Assembly (NCBI GenBank): GCA_964016885.1
Contig: OZ024740.1
Span: forward strand, 111,910,001 to 111,974,000
DNA from: Eledone cirrhosa
Lineage: Eukaryota
DNA: 64,000 bases
Direction: 5' to 3'
Shown here: positions 29,960 through 45,924 of the stretch, piece after piece
Position numbering within the stretch: position 1 is the first letter of the stretch
Layout of the letters: each line of letters starts with the position of its first letter
Made by a program: the position numbers and the translations under genes
The notes under the pieces: generated by a model
What the model saw: the letters and a program-made list of their open reading frames with translations, nothing else
Told to the model about the DNA's origin: nothing
The model's database searches: none

Positions 29960-31389
29960 CATATACACATACATGTATATATATATATATGTATATGTAG
30001 TAATAATAATAAATCTGAAGACTAAAATGCGAAGAGGGCTCAATAAGGATAATATATATATATATATATAAATATATATAAAAACCGTAAAACAAATAGT
30101 TATTAAAATAACAGATAAAGCAAAGAATCGCAGCTTTCACCTTTAACGGGATCTTCTGAAGATCGAAAGGGCCATAACTCTATGCTGCAAAGAAGGCTAA
30201 AAATTGTTTCTACATTTGGCACAAGGTCAGCAATTACTCCAGTGAATTACTGGTGCTTTAATTCATCGAGCCCGTAAGGATGAAAAAGAATGTTAACTTC
30301 GGCGGGATTTGAACTCAGAACGTAAAAAAGGGTAATAATGATGGTGGTGTAGAGTATTACCCGCGAAATCCCAAATGATAAACTGTCGACAAAGGACCTT
30401 TACTGCGGATTTTTTATTGAACTGGTCAGCCGAATGGGAACTTTCGGTGGGGTAGGTAACGAAGCCTAAATTTTTTAGGGGTAGATCTTCGGACGTTTTG
30501 CAGCATAGAGTTACGGCCCTTTATGATCTGAGTTCAAATCCCGCCAAGGTTAACTTTGCCTTTCATCCATACGGGGTCGATAAAATAAAGTACGAGTAAT
30601 ATACTGGGGTCGATTTAATCGACTTTCCGTTCCCCCAAAATTGCTGGCCTTGTGCCTATATAAGAAACCATTATTATTAAGGCTGTGTATTGGCAATATC
30701 CTTAGTGCGTCGAACATGGTTTGCGGCATATAGTTACGACCATTTATTTTCTGTGTTCAAATCACACTGAGTAAAGTGCTGGCTCTACTCAATCGACTTT
30801 CCCCCTTCCCCAAATTGCTGGCTTTGTGCCTAAATCAGAAGTCATTATAATCCCTCGATTGACCGAGTCCTTTAAACATCATCAAAAATTCCTTAAGGTA
30901 TTTCTTTCGTATCCTTCAAGGTCGACATCTACAGATATTTCTTCTCATTTTCCACGTTTTTTTTTTTTTCTGTTTTCTAGATTTTTCTTTTGTTTCTCAG
31001 GGATGGTGGGGGACCTATATATTTAACAAACATTTTTTCGTATTTTCAGATACCTTTATGCTTTTTCTCAATCTAGAGTTATTTTCTCAATCTATAATAT
31101 AATTGTTTTTCTGATTATTTTTTTCCTGATTTTTTCCTGGGTTTTATTTATTAAACAAATTTTTCGGATTTTTTTTCTTCTAATTTTTTCCTGATATTTT
31201 TAAAGATATTTTTTTTTTAATTCTTCTGATATTTCCTGATTTTTCTAACACTAAGTATATTTTCCTTTATGGTCATCCGCATAGACAATATCATGCATAG
31301 ACAACAGCTTGTGTTTCGCATATACTGTGCCAAAGCCTGCTCTTGGAACAAGTAGCCCCATATATCTGTGCTTGTGTGTGTGCGAGTAA

Positions 31390-31437
<48 letters not shown>

Positions 31438-32011
31438 AGACGCATGGCTTAGTGGTGAGAACATTGGGCTTGCAAGCAAGAGGTTGTTAGTTCGATTCTC
31501 GAACCGGGTGATACATTGTGTCCTTGAGCAAAACATTTCATTTCTCGTTGCACCATTTTACTCAGCTTTAGAAATGAGTTACGACGTCACTTGTGCCAAG
31601 CTGTATTTGCCATTGTATTTCCCTTAGACAACGTCGGTGGCGTGGAGAGAGGAGCCAGGTATGTAGACTTGGCCAGACCTGTGCCTAGCTGCAAATCCCA
31701 TGTTAATTTGTGATTTATGGCAGTCTTTACTCTCTCTCACTCTCTCTCTCTCTATACATATATATATATAAATATATTAAATAAATGGAAACTATATTAT
31801 AAAACCATATTTATTCTATTATATATATTTCAAGGGTACCATCACTTTGGTACGCCCTCATCAGATAAAATACAAAGTTTGTTTTATAAATATTGACATA
31901 TCCACAAAGAAGATCTCAACGGTTCAAGTTTTTCCTGGATAGTCGAGTGCTTTGAATCAGTTATAAACATTTATATTTGTTGAATTACCAACAAATTAAA
32001 TATCCCTTTTG

Positions 32012-32145
<134 letters not shown>

Positions 32146-33511
32146 TAAGAGAGGAGGCTGTGTAGTTGCTGGATAAGGTAAACTTAAAAATAAGAAGAAA
32201 GTATGAACGGGAGAAAGTTTTCCTTCATCAGTTCTCTGCTGGCGTTCTCGGATATTTCTACGCATTAAAGACAAGATATCTCGTCCCACTGCGTTCAGTA
32301 ACTAAGGAAAGTTATTGGGAAAATAAAGGAGGGAGAGAAGGAAAATATTGGATAACAGAAGGGAAAGGGAAAAAAAGAGAAAGAGAAAAACAGCGAAGAT
32401 AACGGGAAACAACAAACCGAAGAGTGTGTGAGCAACACGAAGAGAGAAAATTAAAGTCAACGACAATAACTTAACATAAGTTCTAGATTATTCGGACGAG
32501 AAAAAAAACCACGGCTGACCTCTGCTAGTGTAAGTGAGAAAAAGACTGCTAGTTAGATAGACGAGGGAAACAATTTTTTTCCATTCCTTCCTCTTTTCAC
32601 TCTTTACCTTTCTATTTTATCTTTTATTTCTAATTCTATCCTCTGAGGAAGGACTCCTTTATTGTTATTTCAAGCGTTAAACTAATATATGTCTTCAATG
32701 TACTGTGTCGTTTGCTTTGTTATTTCTGTTTTCTTTTTACATGCATACATACATATATACATCCACCCTGATTACACCTTCAGATTTATGCCTGTGATTA
32801 TTGGGGCACTGGGGTATGTTAGTAACTGCCTCAATACAAATCATGAGAAGCTGGGCTTCACAGGAACAGATAGGACAGAACTAGTTAGGAAACTACAAAT
32901 ACAATCCATTAATGGAACAGTAAAAATATGTAAAACATTCCAAAAATTGTGCATCTAATAACTGCATATACACATGTACAGATACAAAGCATATACACAT
33001 GCACACATACAACTCAAAACATCCACATCCACACATACAATAACATCCTTATCTACACATACATGCATACATACATATCTACCTAGTTGATGTTGTGTAA
33101 ATTCCAATGAGAGAGTCTTATGTCTATGTTAGAAACCGACTCTCTCTCTATTGGTAAAACTTTGTGAAATTATAAAACCAGAAGAACATACATACATACA
33201 TACCTAAATACATACATACATATATGTGTATATATATATATATATATACACACATATTTATTAAAAAAACAACTTAAAGTACAAGCAAAGAATCGCTGCT
33301 TTCACCCTTAACGGGATCTTCAGAAGATCATGTTAAAGGTGAAAGCTGGGATTCTTTGCTTTATCTGTTATTTTAATAACTATTTGTTTTACGGTTTTTA
33401 TATATATTTATATATATATATATTATCCTTATTGATCCCTCTTCGGATTTTAGTCTTCACATTTATTATTATTACTACATATGCATATATATATACATGT
33501 ATGTGTAAATG

Positions 33512-33699
<188 letters not shown>

Positions 33700-34115
33700 A
33701 AAGAATAGAGGTGTAACACACAAGTTATTATATATTGGTAAACGGAATTTTAACATAAAAACAGTCTTGGCGCAAAATCAACTTTTTACATTCACATGAC
33801 CTCTACCGACCAATCAAAATTGTTTTGACCACAAGAATTTTTGCAACACCAGAGTAGCGCTGGCGCCACTTTTTTAACATAAAAACAGGTAGAATTCCCC
33901 AAACTAATCAGATCAGAGCAAACAACACGGACACTCTATCTCAAAATTATTTTTGAAAAGCATTTAGAAATGCGCAACCGGTAAAAACTTCAAAACTTAA
34001 AACCACAACTGAATACTAACCCATACAATTACTAATACTCTTTTATTCCTAATTAAACTATTTTTCAACTGTGAACAATTTGTCAGCATTTTCTATTCCG
34101 TTTACCAATATATAT

Positions 34116-34270
<155 letters not shown>

Positions 34271-35209
34271 AGTATATTTACGAACATATGCGTACAGATG
34301 TACACTAATGCTAGCAAATACATAAGTTATGTCATAGTACCTAGGTGGTTCAATGCAGGAGGATGCAGAACAATCATATGAAAGACGTAAAATAAGAAAA
34401 TTTTAAAAATTAAAAATTAACTTACTTACTAAAATTTTCACTCCAACTAATTAGTTTCTGTAATGGGATAAAGATAGTTACGTAATGTAACTGTCGAGAA
34501 TTCATTACGTCATCAGGGAGTCTATTCTCAGCTAAGTCTCCAGGCAATGCGCGGACACTAGGGACTCATATAAAAATAATAATAATTCGGTGGATGGAAC
34601 AGCTAGCGAGGACTAAATTCCAAAGCACTGAAAAGGTTCACTGCCTCTGGTCAAATGGCAGATTCTAAAGAATCAATCACGTTACACTGAGGCTAGTCGG
34701 AAGGAGTGGGGTAGTAAAATGAAAAAAGCCTACTACCACTACAATAAGTTAGTAGTGGATTTGGCAGGTTTGCTCAACAAATAAATAATTTGGAGATAAA
34801 TATAGAGAATTAGTATATTTACGAACATATGCGTACAGATGTACACTAATGCTAGCAAATACATAAGTTATGTCATAGTACCTAGGTGGTTCAATGCAGG
34901 AGGATGCAGAACAATTATATGAAAGACGTAAAATAAGAAAATTTTAAAAATTAAAAATTAACTTACTTACTAAAATGTTCACTCCAACTAATTAGTTTCT
35001 GTAATGGGATAAAGATAGTTACGCAATATAACTGTCGAGAATTCATTACGTCATCAGGGAGTCTATTCTCAGCTAAGTCTCTAGGCAGTTCTCGACAGTT
35101 ACATTACGTAACTATCTTTATCCCATTACAAAAACTAATTAGTTGGAGTGAAAATTTTAGTAAGTAAGTTAATTTTTAATTTTTAAAATTTTCTTATTTT
35201 ACGTCTTTC

Positions 35210-35273
<64 letters not shown>

Positions 35274-36730
35274 ATATATATACATACATATACACATACA
35301 TGTATATATATATATGTATATGTAGTAATAATAATAAATCTGAAGACTAAAATGCGAAGAGGGCTCAATAAGGATAATATATATATATATATATATAAAT
35401 ATATATAAAAACCGTAAAACAAATAGTTATTAAAATAACAGATAAAGCAAAGAATCGCAGCTTTCACCTTTAACGGGATCTTCTGAAGATCGAAAGGGCC
35501 ATAACTCTATGCTGCAAAGAAGGCTAAAAATTGTTTCTACATTTGGCACAAGGTCAGCAATTACTCCAGTGAATTACTGGTGCTTTAATTCATCGAGCCC
35601 GTAAGGATGAAAGACAATGTTAACTTCGGCGGGATTTGAACTCAGAACGTAAAAAAGGGTAATAATGATGGTGGTGTAGAGTATTACCCGCGAAATCCCA
35701 AATGATAAACTGTCGACGAAGGACCTTTACTGCGGATTTGTTATTGAACTGGTCAGCCGAATGGGAACTTTCGGTGGGGTAGGTAACGAAGCCTAAATTT
35801 TTTAGGGGTAGATCTTCGGACGTTTTGCAGCATAGAGTTACGGCCCTTTATGATCTGAGTTCAAATCCCGCCAAGGTTAACTTTGCCTTTCATCCATACG
35901 GGGTCGATAAAATAAAGTACGAGTAATATACTGGGGTCGATTTAATCGACTTTCCGTTCCCCCAAAATTGCTGGCCTTGTGCCTATATAAGAAACCATTA
36001 TTATTAAGGCTGTGTATTGGCAATATCCTTAGTGCGTCGAACATGGTTTGCGGCATATAGTTACGACCATTTATTTTCTGTGTTCAAATCACACTGAGTA
36101 AAGTGCTGGCTCTACTCAATCGACTTTCCCCCTTCCCCAAATTGCTGGCTTTGTGCCTAAATCAGAAGTCATTATAATCCCTCGATTGACCGAGTCCTTT
36201 AAACATCATCAAAAATTCCTTAAGGTATTTCTTTCGTATCCTTCAAGGTCGACATCTACAGATATTTCTTCTCATTTTCCACGTTTTTTTTTTTTTTCTG
36301 TTTTCTAGATTTTTCTTTTGTTTTTCAGGGATGGCGGGGGCCCTATATATTTAACAAACATTTTTTCGTATTTCAGATACCTTTATGCTTGTTCTCAATC
36401 TAGAGTTATTTTCTCAATCTATAATATAATTGTTTTTCTGATTATTTTTTTCCTGATTTTTTCCTGGGTTTTATTTATTAAACAATTTTTCGGATTTTTT
36501 TTTTTCTAATTTTTTCCTGATATTTTTAAAGATATTTTTTTTTCTAATTCTTCTGATATTTCCTGATTTTTCTAACACTAAGTATATTTTCCTTTATGGT
36601 CATCCGCATAGACAATATCATGCATAGACAACAGCTTGTGTTTCGCATATACTTTGCCAAAGCCTGCTCTTGGAACAAGTAGCCCCATATATCTGTGCTT
36701 GTGTGTGTGCGAGTAAATATATATATATAT

Positions 36731-36764
<34 letters not shown>

Positions 36765-37337
36765 AGACGCATGGCTTAGTGGTGAGAACATTGGGTTGCA
36801 AGCAAGAGGTTGTTAGTTCGATTCTCGAACCGGGTGATACATTGTGTCCTTGAGCAAAACATTTCATTTCTCGTTGCACCATTTTACTCAGCTTTAGAAA
36901 TGAGTTACGACGTCACTTGTGCCAAGCTGTATTTGCCATTGTATTTCCCTTAGACAACGTCGGTGGCGTGGAGAGAGGAACCAGGTATGTAGACTTGCCC
37001 AGACTTGTGCCTAGCTGCAAATCCCATGTTAATTTGTGATTTATGGCAGTCTTTACTCTCTCTCACTCTCTCTCTCTCTATACATATATATATATAAATA
37101 TATTAAATAAATGGAAACTATATTATAAAACCATATTTATTCTATTATATATATTTCAAGGGTACCATCACTTTGGTACGCTCTCATCAGATAAAATACA
37201 AAGTTTGTTTTATAAATATTGACATATCCACAAAGAAGATCTTAACGGTTCAAGTTTTTCCTGGATAGTCGAGTGCTTTGAATCAGTTATAAACATTTAT
37301 ATTTGTTGAATTAACAACAAATTAAATATCCCTTTTG

Positions 37338-37415
<78 letters not shown>

Positions 37416-37729
37416 TAAGAGAGGAGGCTGTGTAGTTGCTGGATAAGGTAAACTTAAAAATAAGAAGAAAGTATGAACGGGAGAAAGTCTTCCTTCATCA
37501 GTTCTCTGCTGGCGTTCTCGGATATTTCTACGCATTAAAGACAAGATATCTCGTCCCACTGCGTTCAGTAACTAAGGAAAGTTATTGGGAAAATAAAGGA
37601 GGGAGAGAAGGAAAATATTGGATAACAGAAGGGAAAGGGAAGAAAAGAGAAAGAGAAAAACAGCGAAGATAACGGGAAACAACAAACCTAAGAGTGTGTG
37701 AGCAACTCGAAGAGAGAAAATTAAAGTCA

Positions 37730-38273
37730 GGTCGGGTCATTGGCGACTAAACTGCCAACCCCACCAAGGTTCTTGGTGAGGAGGGTGACTTTGGACATCC
37801 TGCAGGACTAAAAACAAAACCTGTGAAAGGCAAAGGATCTCTTAAGAGTCAATGGCCATCCAAAATCACCGGGAGAGATGACCCCTTAGCCTTTATCAAG
37901 GCAGAATTCTAGGAGAAGGAAAACTCTAATATAACACCTGCAACCCTGATGGTATCCAATGATGTTGACCTGTTCTTCTATTTGGTAAATATCATCTTGG
38001 TTAAGAGAGTGGGACTGGCTTTGTGCAGTGCCTTTGCTCACTATAAAAGCTTCACGGCACAGGCATTGCTTTATATCTGGAGATCTCTCTGCACTTGTCG
38101 TCACATGGTACCATGGGCCAGCACTATGTGTCAATAATTGTCACAAGTGTAGTGTTTGTACCAGAGTTTTCAAGTCGCTGGCTGGACTAAAAAGTCACAC
38201 TCGTTCAGCGCATCGGTAGGGGTTCTCCTACATGGATATAAAGTAGTGGCCGTACACGAAAACGAGTTGGCAC
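37730..38273 (+). mobile_element. Internally deleted RTE-like element ending the tandem array
   Basis: Homologous to 14265-14872; ends with [22 protein letters not shown] (C2H2-like) and then (TA)n. Confidence 0.6.
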
Positions 38274-38284
38274 CATATATATAT

Positions 38285-38382
<98 letters not shown>

Positions 38383-38437
38383 CATATATATATATATACA
38401 TATATATATATACATGTATATATATATATACATGTAT

Positions 38438-38486
<49 letters not shown>

Positions 38487-38490
38487 CATG

Positions 38491-38561
<71 letters not shown>

Positions 38562-38982
38562 GTCAATGCAGTTTAGAAAAATATAGGTAAGCTATTAGTC
38601 ATAGATACTAGAAGTCATACTAGGAGATAAAGCTAAATAATCCATGCAGCTGTGTCAGTATGTTTGAAATACAAAGACGTCCCTATCATCATATATAGAA
38701 AAAACAGACCACAACATCAGCACCAGCAACACTATCACCAACAATACAGTCACCATTAGTATCACTAACCAGAACAACAACACTAACACCACCGGCACCA
38801 CGTTACCCAATAACAAGAATGATAATTAAAGAGATATTTTATATCTACACCCAAAGCTTAGTCATGACTAATTATAAACTTAATTTAGTTTATATATAAA
38901 TATATATATATATATATAGTGTGTGTGTATTGTGTGTGTCTCTGCAATACACCGTATAGCAGTGTATTGTAACATGGTGTAT

Positions 38983-39019
<37 letters not shown>

Positions 39020-39114
39020 CCCCCCCCCCCACACACACACACACACATACACACACACACATGTATATATATATGTGTAGGTGTATCTATTTATATATTT
39101 ATATTCATATACAT

Positions 39115-39170
<56 letters not shown>

Positions 39171-39177
39171 AGATATA

Positions 39178-42070
39178 TTGTTATACTTTGGGAGGGTCAT
39201 GTTGCCAATAAGAAACACACGCACCAGGTGCTTTCACTTCAATTTATTATAAATAAAATTCATAAATTTAGGAATTTATAAATTTCCGGTTGGTTGGTTG
39301 GTTCCACAACCAGATGATTGTTCATATATTGTCAAAGTTCTTTCGTCACACATGCTGTGACCTCTTCAGTGACTGGGGATTCTTTTCTTTGTTTTTGTGC
39401 CTCTCCTTTGTTCTGTCCTAAGCCATCTTGTTTTTGTGTGTGTTGTGTACTTAGTTTTCGCATGTGTTACATCCGGGTGTCTGTGTGTGTTTATATTTGT
39501 TTATTTATTTGTTTATTTACATGTTACAGGTTGGTTGTTTGTTCTATGTGTGTGTGTTTTCATGTTGTCCTTAATTGTAAGTTGTGATGTTGCTGTTCCA
39601 TTCATGTTTTCTATTTAATTTTGGTTGGAGTTCATTTATGTTTATTGCCTCTATGATTTGTCTAAACGTTGCCTCTCTTCTGTGTGTAGATTCTATTTTT
39701 ATTTCTATGTTCTCTAATTTACCCTTATGTTCTATTTTAGCATGTTGGTGGAGTACAGGTGATTCTTTACTATCTTGAAGCTCTCCCCAGTGTTCATTTA
39801 TCCGTTCCCCTATACTACGAGCTGTCTCACCTATGTACACTATATTCTTATCGCTACATTGTCCTTTAGTACATCTTATGCTATATACTACATTTCTAGT
39901 TTTACAGTTAATATGAGGGCTTAATTTACAGATTATACATTTCTTATCTATACAGGGAGGTCTTTGAAAAAGGTATGTATTGCTAATGAGTGTTTTTATT
40001 GAGGTACCTGGTCCTTCTACTATCTTAATATTGAGTTTATGTTTATCTAGGGCCCTTCTAAATGTGTAAGCTAATTCACCTCTAGGGGTTGTATCGATGA
40101 ACATTACACTCTGGTATTTATTGCTATCATACCATGAGTTTATTCTATTAACCTTATTCCTAGTTCTTTCTATTCTATTCCAAAATTTGCTCCTATACAA
40201 GGGGCAGGTCCCATTTGTATCATTATTTACCATTTTTTCCCATTTGGTTCTGGCTCCTCTATATACTCTGATTTTATCTCTCTGATTGTAACCAGAGAAC
40301 TGCATACGGTGGATGAAGTGTTGTATGTGTCTCTCTAGTTCTTTGGGGTTGCACATGCGCAACACGTTTTGTCATCACCCGTACCAAATCCGCAATCAGT
40401 ATGTTGATTTTGGTATGGTCCGAAACAGCTGAGTTTTGAGGGATCAGATATTTGGATGTCATGGGTTTGGCATAATAGGAATGGAGGATTTGTTTTTTGT
40501 TATTAATGGTATCTAACCAGAGCTCTGTGTCTAGTACAGGTAATCGATTGTTGGGTTGTTTGCTTGGGTAGTCTATAGTAACTCTAATACTCTGGTGGAT
40601 GGAGTTAGCTATTTGATGGATGCTTTCCATTGTGTTTTTCTCTAGTTCCTGACTGTTCTCTAGTGGGGGTGTCTTAACTACGATGTTTATATCATCAACG
40701 TAGCGGGAGTACATTATCAGGGTTAAGAGGTTGCTGTCTTCTAATTGTTCCTTAAGTTTCAGTTTAAGTCTATTGTCCCACCATACCATGAATAGGTTAG
40801 CTATGTGACCTGCAATGCTAACACCAATGGCTGCTCCCTGCTCTTGGGCATATGTTTTTCCATTAAATTTGAACATATGTTCCTTAAGGGTTAATTTTGT
40901 ACTGGCCCCCACCGCATGTGCAATCATTTACTTTAGTTCATCGTGGTTTTCGTGGGTCCGTATGGCTCTGGTCCACCTGTTCCATCTATCTGTGCGGGTT
41001 TTCTTGGCCATTGAGGTAATGGTAGGTGGTCTGCCTCTTGCTGGTCTTGTAGGGCACAGGTTGCTGAAGTCATATGTATCTAGATAATCATTACTATAGG
41101 TAAGTTTAAGTAGGAGTCCCAGCTCACTGGTATCAATCCCACAGAACTCAACATTGTTCTCACTGATCATTTCTATGCATTTCTCCGCAGCAAAATCCAC
41201 GTCAATCGATGGATATAGGGACACAACATCCATACTACCTATTATGCAGTTTGTTAGATCCCTAGATCGGTTACTCTCGCCGATTCTGCTGAAGAGGTCC
41301 TCCGTGCTGTCACATATATCTGGGGACATTTCAATGATGGAGCGTATGATCAGGGAGAGGCAAAGGAAAGTATGTAGTTACTAGCAATGTTAGCTCCACA
41401 GACTGGCCGTGTTGGTGGTCCTTGACAGGGTGGTCCTTGTTTTATGGTCTTTTCGAAGCCCATACAACGCTGACACGTCATCATTACAGGCCTGGAAGTT
41501 GTTGGCAGTCCTTCTGTTGGGCTGCATTATATTTGTCCACATCATCATATGGGCATTGAGGGTTTTTTTCCTATCCTCATGCCCTTGTGGTGTTACTTAT
41601 CTTGTGTTAGTGATGTGGGGTTGCATTGCCTGGATGTAGTTTGACAGAGTGTCAACCGACATTCTGCCAGACTTGTCTGTTGGAAAGCATGCAATCTCTC
41701 CATTACGCGAGCGCCGCATGAGCTTACGCAAGCCATTTGCAAATGTTTCTCCCAGTTGGTGGGCCTCCATTCTATTTTGCTTCTTGCTATACTGTTCTAT
41801 AATATTTCTAAGTTTAGATCTAGCTATACTAAATTGTGCTTCTGTTTGTGCATCGACCTGCGACGACAATTGCGTGCGTTTGTTAAAATTTAAAGTCGTA
41901 GCGTGGACTCGTCGTAGGTCGAAAGATTTATCGGAAGGATTATAAAAAGTAGAGTTCCAGGCTGCTGCTTTATGTGTACTCAATGTAACCCTCAATGCTA
42001 ATATGATGATGTGGACAAATATAATGCAGCCCAACAGAAGGACTGCCAACAACTTCACAGCTTGGAACAA
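39178..42070 (-). mobile_element. Penelope-like element with frameshifted RT and GIY-YIG, 3' pLTR with HHR, and 5' truncation with inversion
   Basis: PTDKSG (41597 ORF), SMDVVSLYPSID (40928), QEQGAAIG / RYVDD / LPVLD (40274), CKTRNVVY...YIGET...ERINEH (39571); ~41987-42065 is an inverted copy of ~41490-41563. Confidence 0.92.
39331..39373 (-). ncRNA. Type I hammerhead ribozyme in the PLE 3' pLTR
   Basis: gtca-CTGAAGA-g gtcac agcatgt gtgac-GAAA-gaac-TT-tgac, ~200 nt downstream of the GIY-YIG stop codon. Confidence 0.8.
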
Positions 42071-42375
42071 TGGCATGCCTATATATACATATATACACAC
42101 ACACAGCGTCATAATGTCGTAATTCAGACAGCCAGACATACAGACAGATATTATAAGGGCGCAACGTTATATCAATGTATCTATCTAAAAAGAAGGACTA
42201 AGAAATATAGAGAGAGATGCCTAACTCGCCTAATGCGGTCCCTAGGGCATTGAAAATTTGACATTTCTTTTGCTCAAAACAGCCACAGGACCATTAGTAT
42301 AACATGTGTAAAGTTTGGAAACAATCGGTTGGGTGGTTCTCGAGTTTTAGAGAGTCAGACAGACACGACATTCTC

Positions 42376-42482
<107 letters not shown>

Positions 42483-42489
42483 ATATATA

Positions 42490-42556
<67 letters not shown>

Positions 42557-42770
42557 GGCGAGTCATTGATATGATGGACAAGAAAAAAGAGAATACGTAG
42601 AGAACAATAACGAGATAAAAGTCAGATAATTTAAGCCAACTTAACTGTTATAAGAGGGACTTAAGATCTGGAAGAAAGATCAAAAGACGTTGCTAAAAAA
42701 TAAATATTTGAAAACTTCTTTCACTCTCTTTAAATTCCTCGCATGCTTTCTTATTCACAATGCGTATATG

Positions 42771-42894
<124 letters not shown>

Positions 42895-42951
42895 TGTGTG
42901 TGTGTATATTTATGTATGTATATGTGTAAACTGGGCCGAAGAAGAACAAGA

Positions 42952-43006
<55 letters not shown>

Positions 43007-43323
43007 ATTTATATATATATATATTTATATATAAATATATGTGTGTTTGTGTGTATCTATCTATCTATCCATCTCTCTGTATACTGTATATATATATATA
43101 TATATTTATGTATGTATATATAAATATTTATATTTGTATATACATATTCGTATATATTTTTAGTATATATATATATATATATATATATAAATATATATAT
43201 ATACACATATATATATATATTTTTATTTGTATGTATATATATGTATATACGTATGTGTATATATGTATATATATGTGTGTGTTTATATATATATGTGTAT
43301 ATATATGTATGTATATATATATG

Positions 43324-43440
<117 letters not shown>

Positions 43441-43449
43441 ATATATCTA

Positions 43450-43487
<38 letters not shown>

Positions 43488-43672
43488 AAAATTGAACGGG
43501 AACAAAACAGAGAGGCAGTACGAACAAAGGTTTATTAGTTTCATGCTCTTGAGAGTGGGGTGGTGGTATATATATATACATATATATATATATATACATA
43601 TATATAAACACACATATATATATACATATATACACATATGTATATACATATATATCTGTATATATATATATA

Positions 43673-43712
<40 letters not shown>

Positions 43713-43778
43713 TATATATATATACACTGATATTTATATATAATACATTATATATACACTGATATTTATATATAATAC

Positions 43779-43821
<43 letters not shown>

Positions 43822-43822
43822 T

Positions 43823-43951
<129 letters not shown>

Positions 43952-43979
43952 AGAGAGAGAGAGAGAGAGAGAGATGCAT

Positions 43980-44270
43980 ATATAATAAAGAAGAAATTAA
44001 AACATGGTTAAAAGAGTTCCATATATTTTATTATGCGCATTTCAAATACAAAATCATCCTGGGACAAAAATTGTGTTCTCATCAGATAAAATGATATGAA
44101 GCATAATAGCACTTGTTTACAGGAAAGTGCTATTATCCCTCATATCATGTTACCTTATTTTATCTGATGAGAACACAATTTTTGTCCCTGGATGATTTTG
44201 TATTCGAAATGAGCGTAATAAAATATATGGAACTCTTTTAACCATCTTTTAATTTCTTTTTTATTATATA
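43980..44270. repeat. Foldback cassette with HHRs at 44026-44091 (-) and 44158-44223 (+)
   Basis: ttttat-CTGATGA-gaacacaa...ttgtattc-GAAA-tg(a/c)gc(g/a)-TA-ataaaa in both inverted arms. Confidence 0.8.
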
Positions 44271-44358
44271 TACTCCAGTTCTACCAACTGTTGAGTGCCA
44301 CTTATCTGATATATGCATAATTTTATTGTTCTACAATATTACTCACCTTCTATATATA

Positions 44359-44513
<155 letters not shown>

Positions 44514-44683
44514 CTGTATATGTATATAATGTATAATAAACAATACAATTGTTTATTATACATTAAATTTAGCTCTGTAACTTACATAGAGCACTCTTCA
44601 CTCCTATGACTTTTTCAATTTTCAACGGAAACTTCAATGCATATATATATATATATTTAGGAAAATCTGGTTCTTAGAATCGA

Positions 44684-44778
44684 GACGTATCCGAGGACCG
44701 CGCGGTTTCAGAGTCGGGTGTGATCACCACATCGATCGTGCCTCGAGCTGGTCGTGCGAGAAACAATTGTAATATGTC
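44684..44778 (+). ncRNA. Hammerhead candidate with CCGAGGA core
   Basis: gacgtat-CCGAGGA-c cgcgcggtt...ggtcgtgcg a-GAAA-caattg-TA-atatgtc; 7-bp stem I and palindromic stem III. Confidence 0.65.
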
Positions 44779-44822
44779 CAATAAATTACTTAAGTCGCAA
44801 CACTGATTCTCTTTTTTCTGTG

Positions 44823-44877
<55 letters not shown>

Positions 44878-44921
44878 CATGCATATATACATATGTGTGT
44901 ATGTATGTATATATATATACA

Positions 44922-44953
<32 letters not shown>

Positions 44954-45037
44954 AGCAAGAAAGTAAGTGTTGGTAAAATCCAGTACTTCAGTATGCGGAT
45001 AGGGAGCACTCAACGAAGATATACGTTCCGGAGTTAT

Positions 45038-45140
45038 AATAGTGACGAAACATATGTCAATTGCATGACTCATAATCCTTTATTTACGCAGTAAATAAAG
45101 GATTATGAGTTCATGCAATTGACTTATGCTTCGTCACTAT
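45038..45140. repeat. Short foldback of an HHR 3' half (GAAACATATGTC); related fragment at 2072-2122
   Basis: atagtgacgaaacatatgtcaattgcatga.ctcataatcctttattta is mirrored across the centre at ~45089. Confidence 0.6.
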
Positions 45141-45163
45141 ACATACATACATACATACATACA

Positions 45164-45255
<92 letters not shown>

Positions 45256-45461
45256 AGATCACTCTTCAGCGTTCCTGGTAACATGTAACTCAGTAAAACC
45301 TGTGCATAGTCGGGTCGTCAGCGACTAAGCCGGTGACCCACCACACATCGATATACAATTGACCCTCTGAAACGATCATAAAACATTGAACTAATTAACT
45401 ACCTACGTATGACTTTTTTTTTATTATTCTATGTACAAACACACACAAACATATATATATA

Positions 45462-45832
45462 TGCCTGTTCCAGCCATCCGACCGAGGCATTGCTGGGGCC
45501 CGCCATTGTTGCTATGCTTCCTATACTCAGCCTGCGTTGGCTGGGTATTGATTTAGGAGGGAGTTCGTTGCTACTGTCCTTAGGCTACCTTTGTTCCGTG
45601 CTGTGGGTTCATCTAAGTTCTTGGATAGCAGAGTGTCAAGATGTTGCTTGAAAACCTCCGCGGCCAGACCATGCAGATCTCTGAAATTTTTTGGCAGCGT
45701 ATTAAAGAGTTGAAGGTCCTTGGACCCCGGGTTATTGCAATATCTGCTCCTTACTCTAGATGTGAAAAACGGGAACTTTGGCACCACACAGTAATGTTCT
45801 GTTCGAGGGTTGGTCCAACTCTCAATGCCAAA
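45462..45832 (-). pseudogene. 3' end of a CR1/L2-group LINE ORF2
   Basis: LQLFNTLPKNFR...FKQHLDTLLSKNLDEP...NSL is a typical C-terminus for this group. Confidence 0.6.
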
Positions 45833-45869
<37 letters not shown>

Positions 45870-45882
45870 TTCTATACCTTTC

Positions 45883-45924
<42 letters not shown>

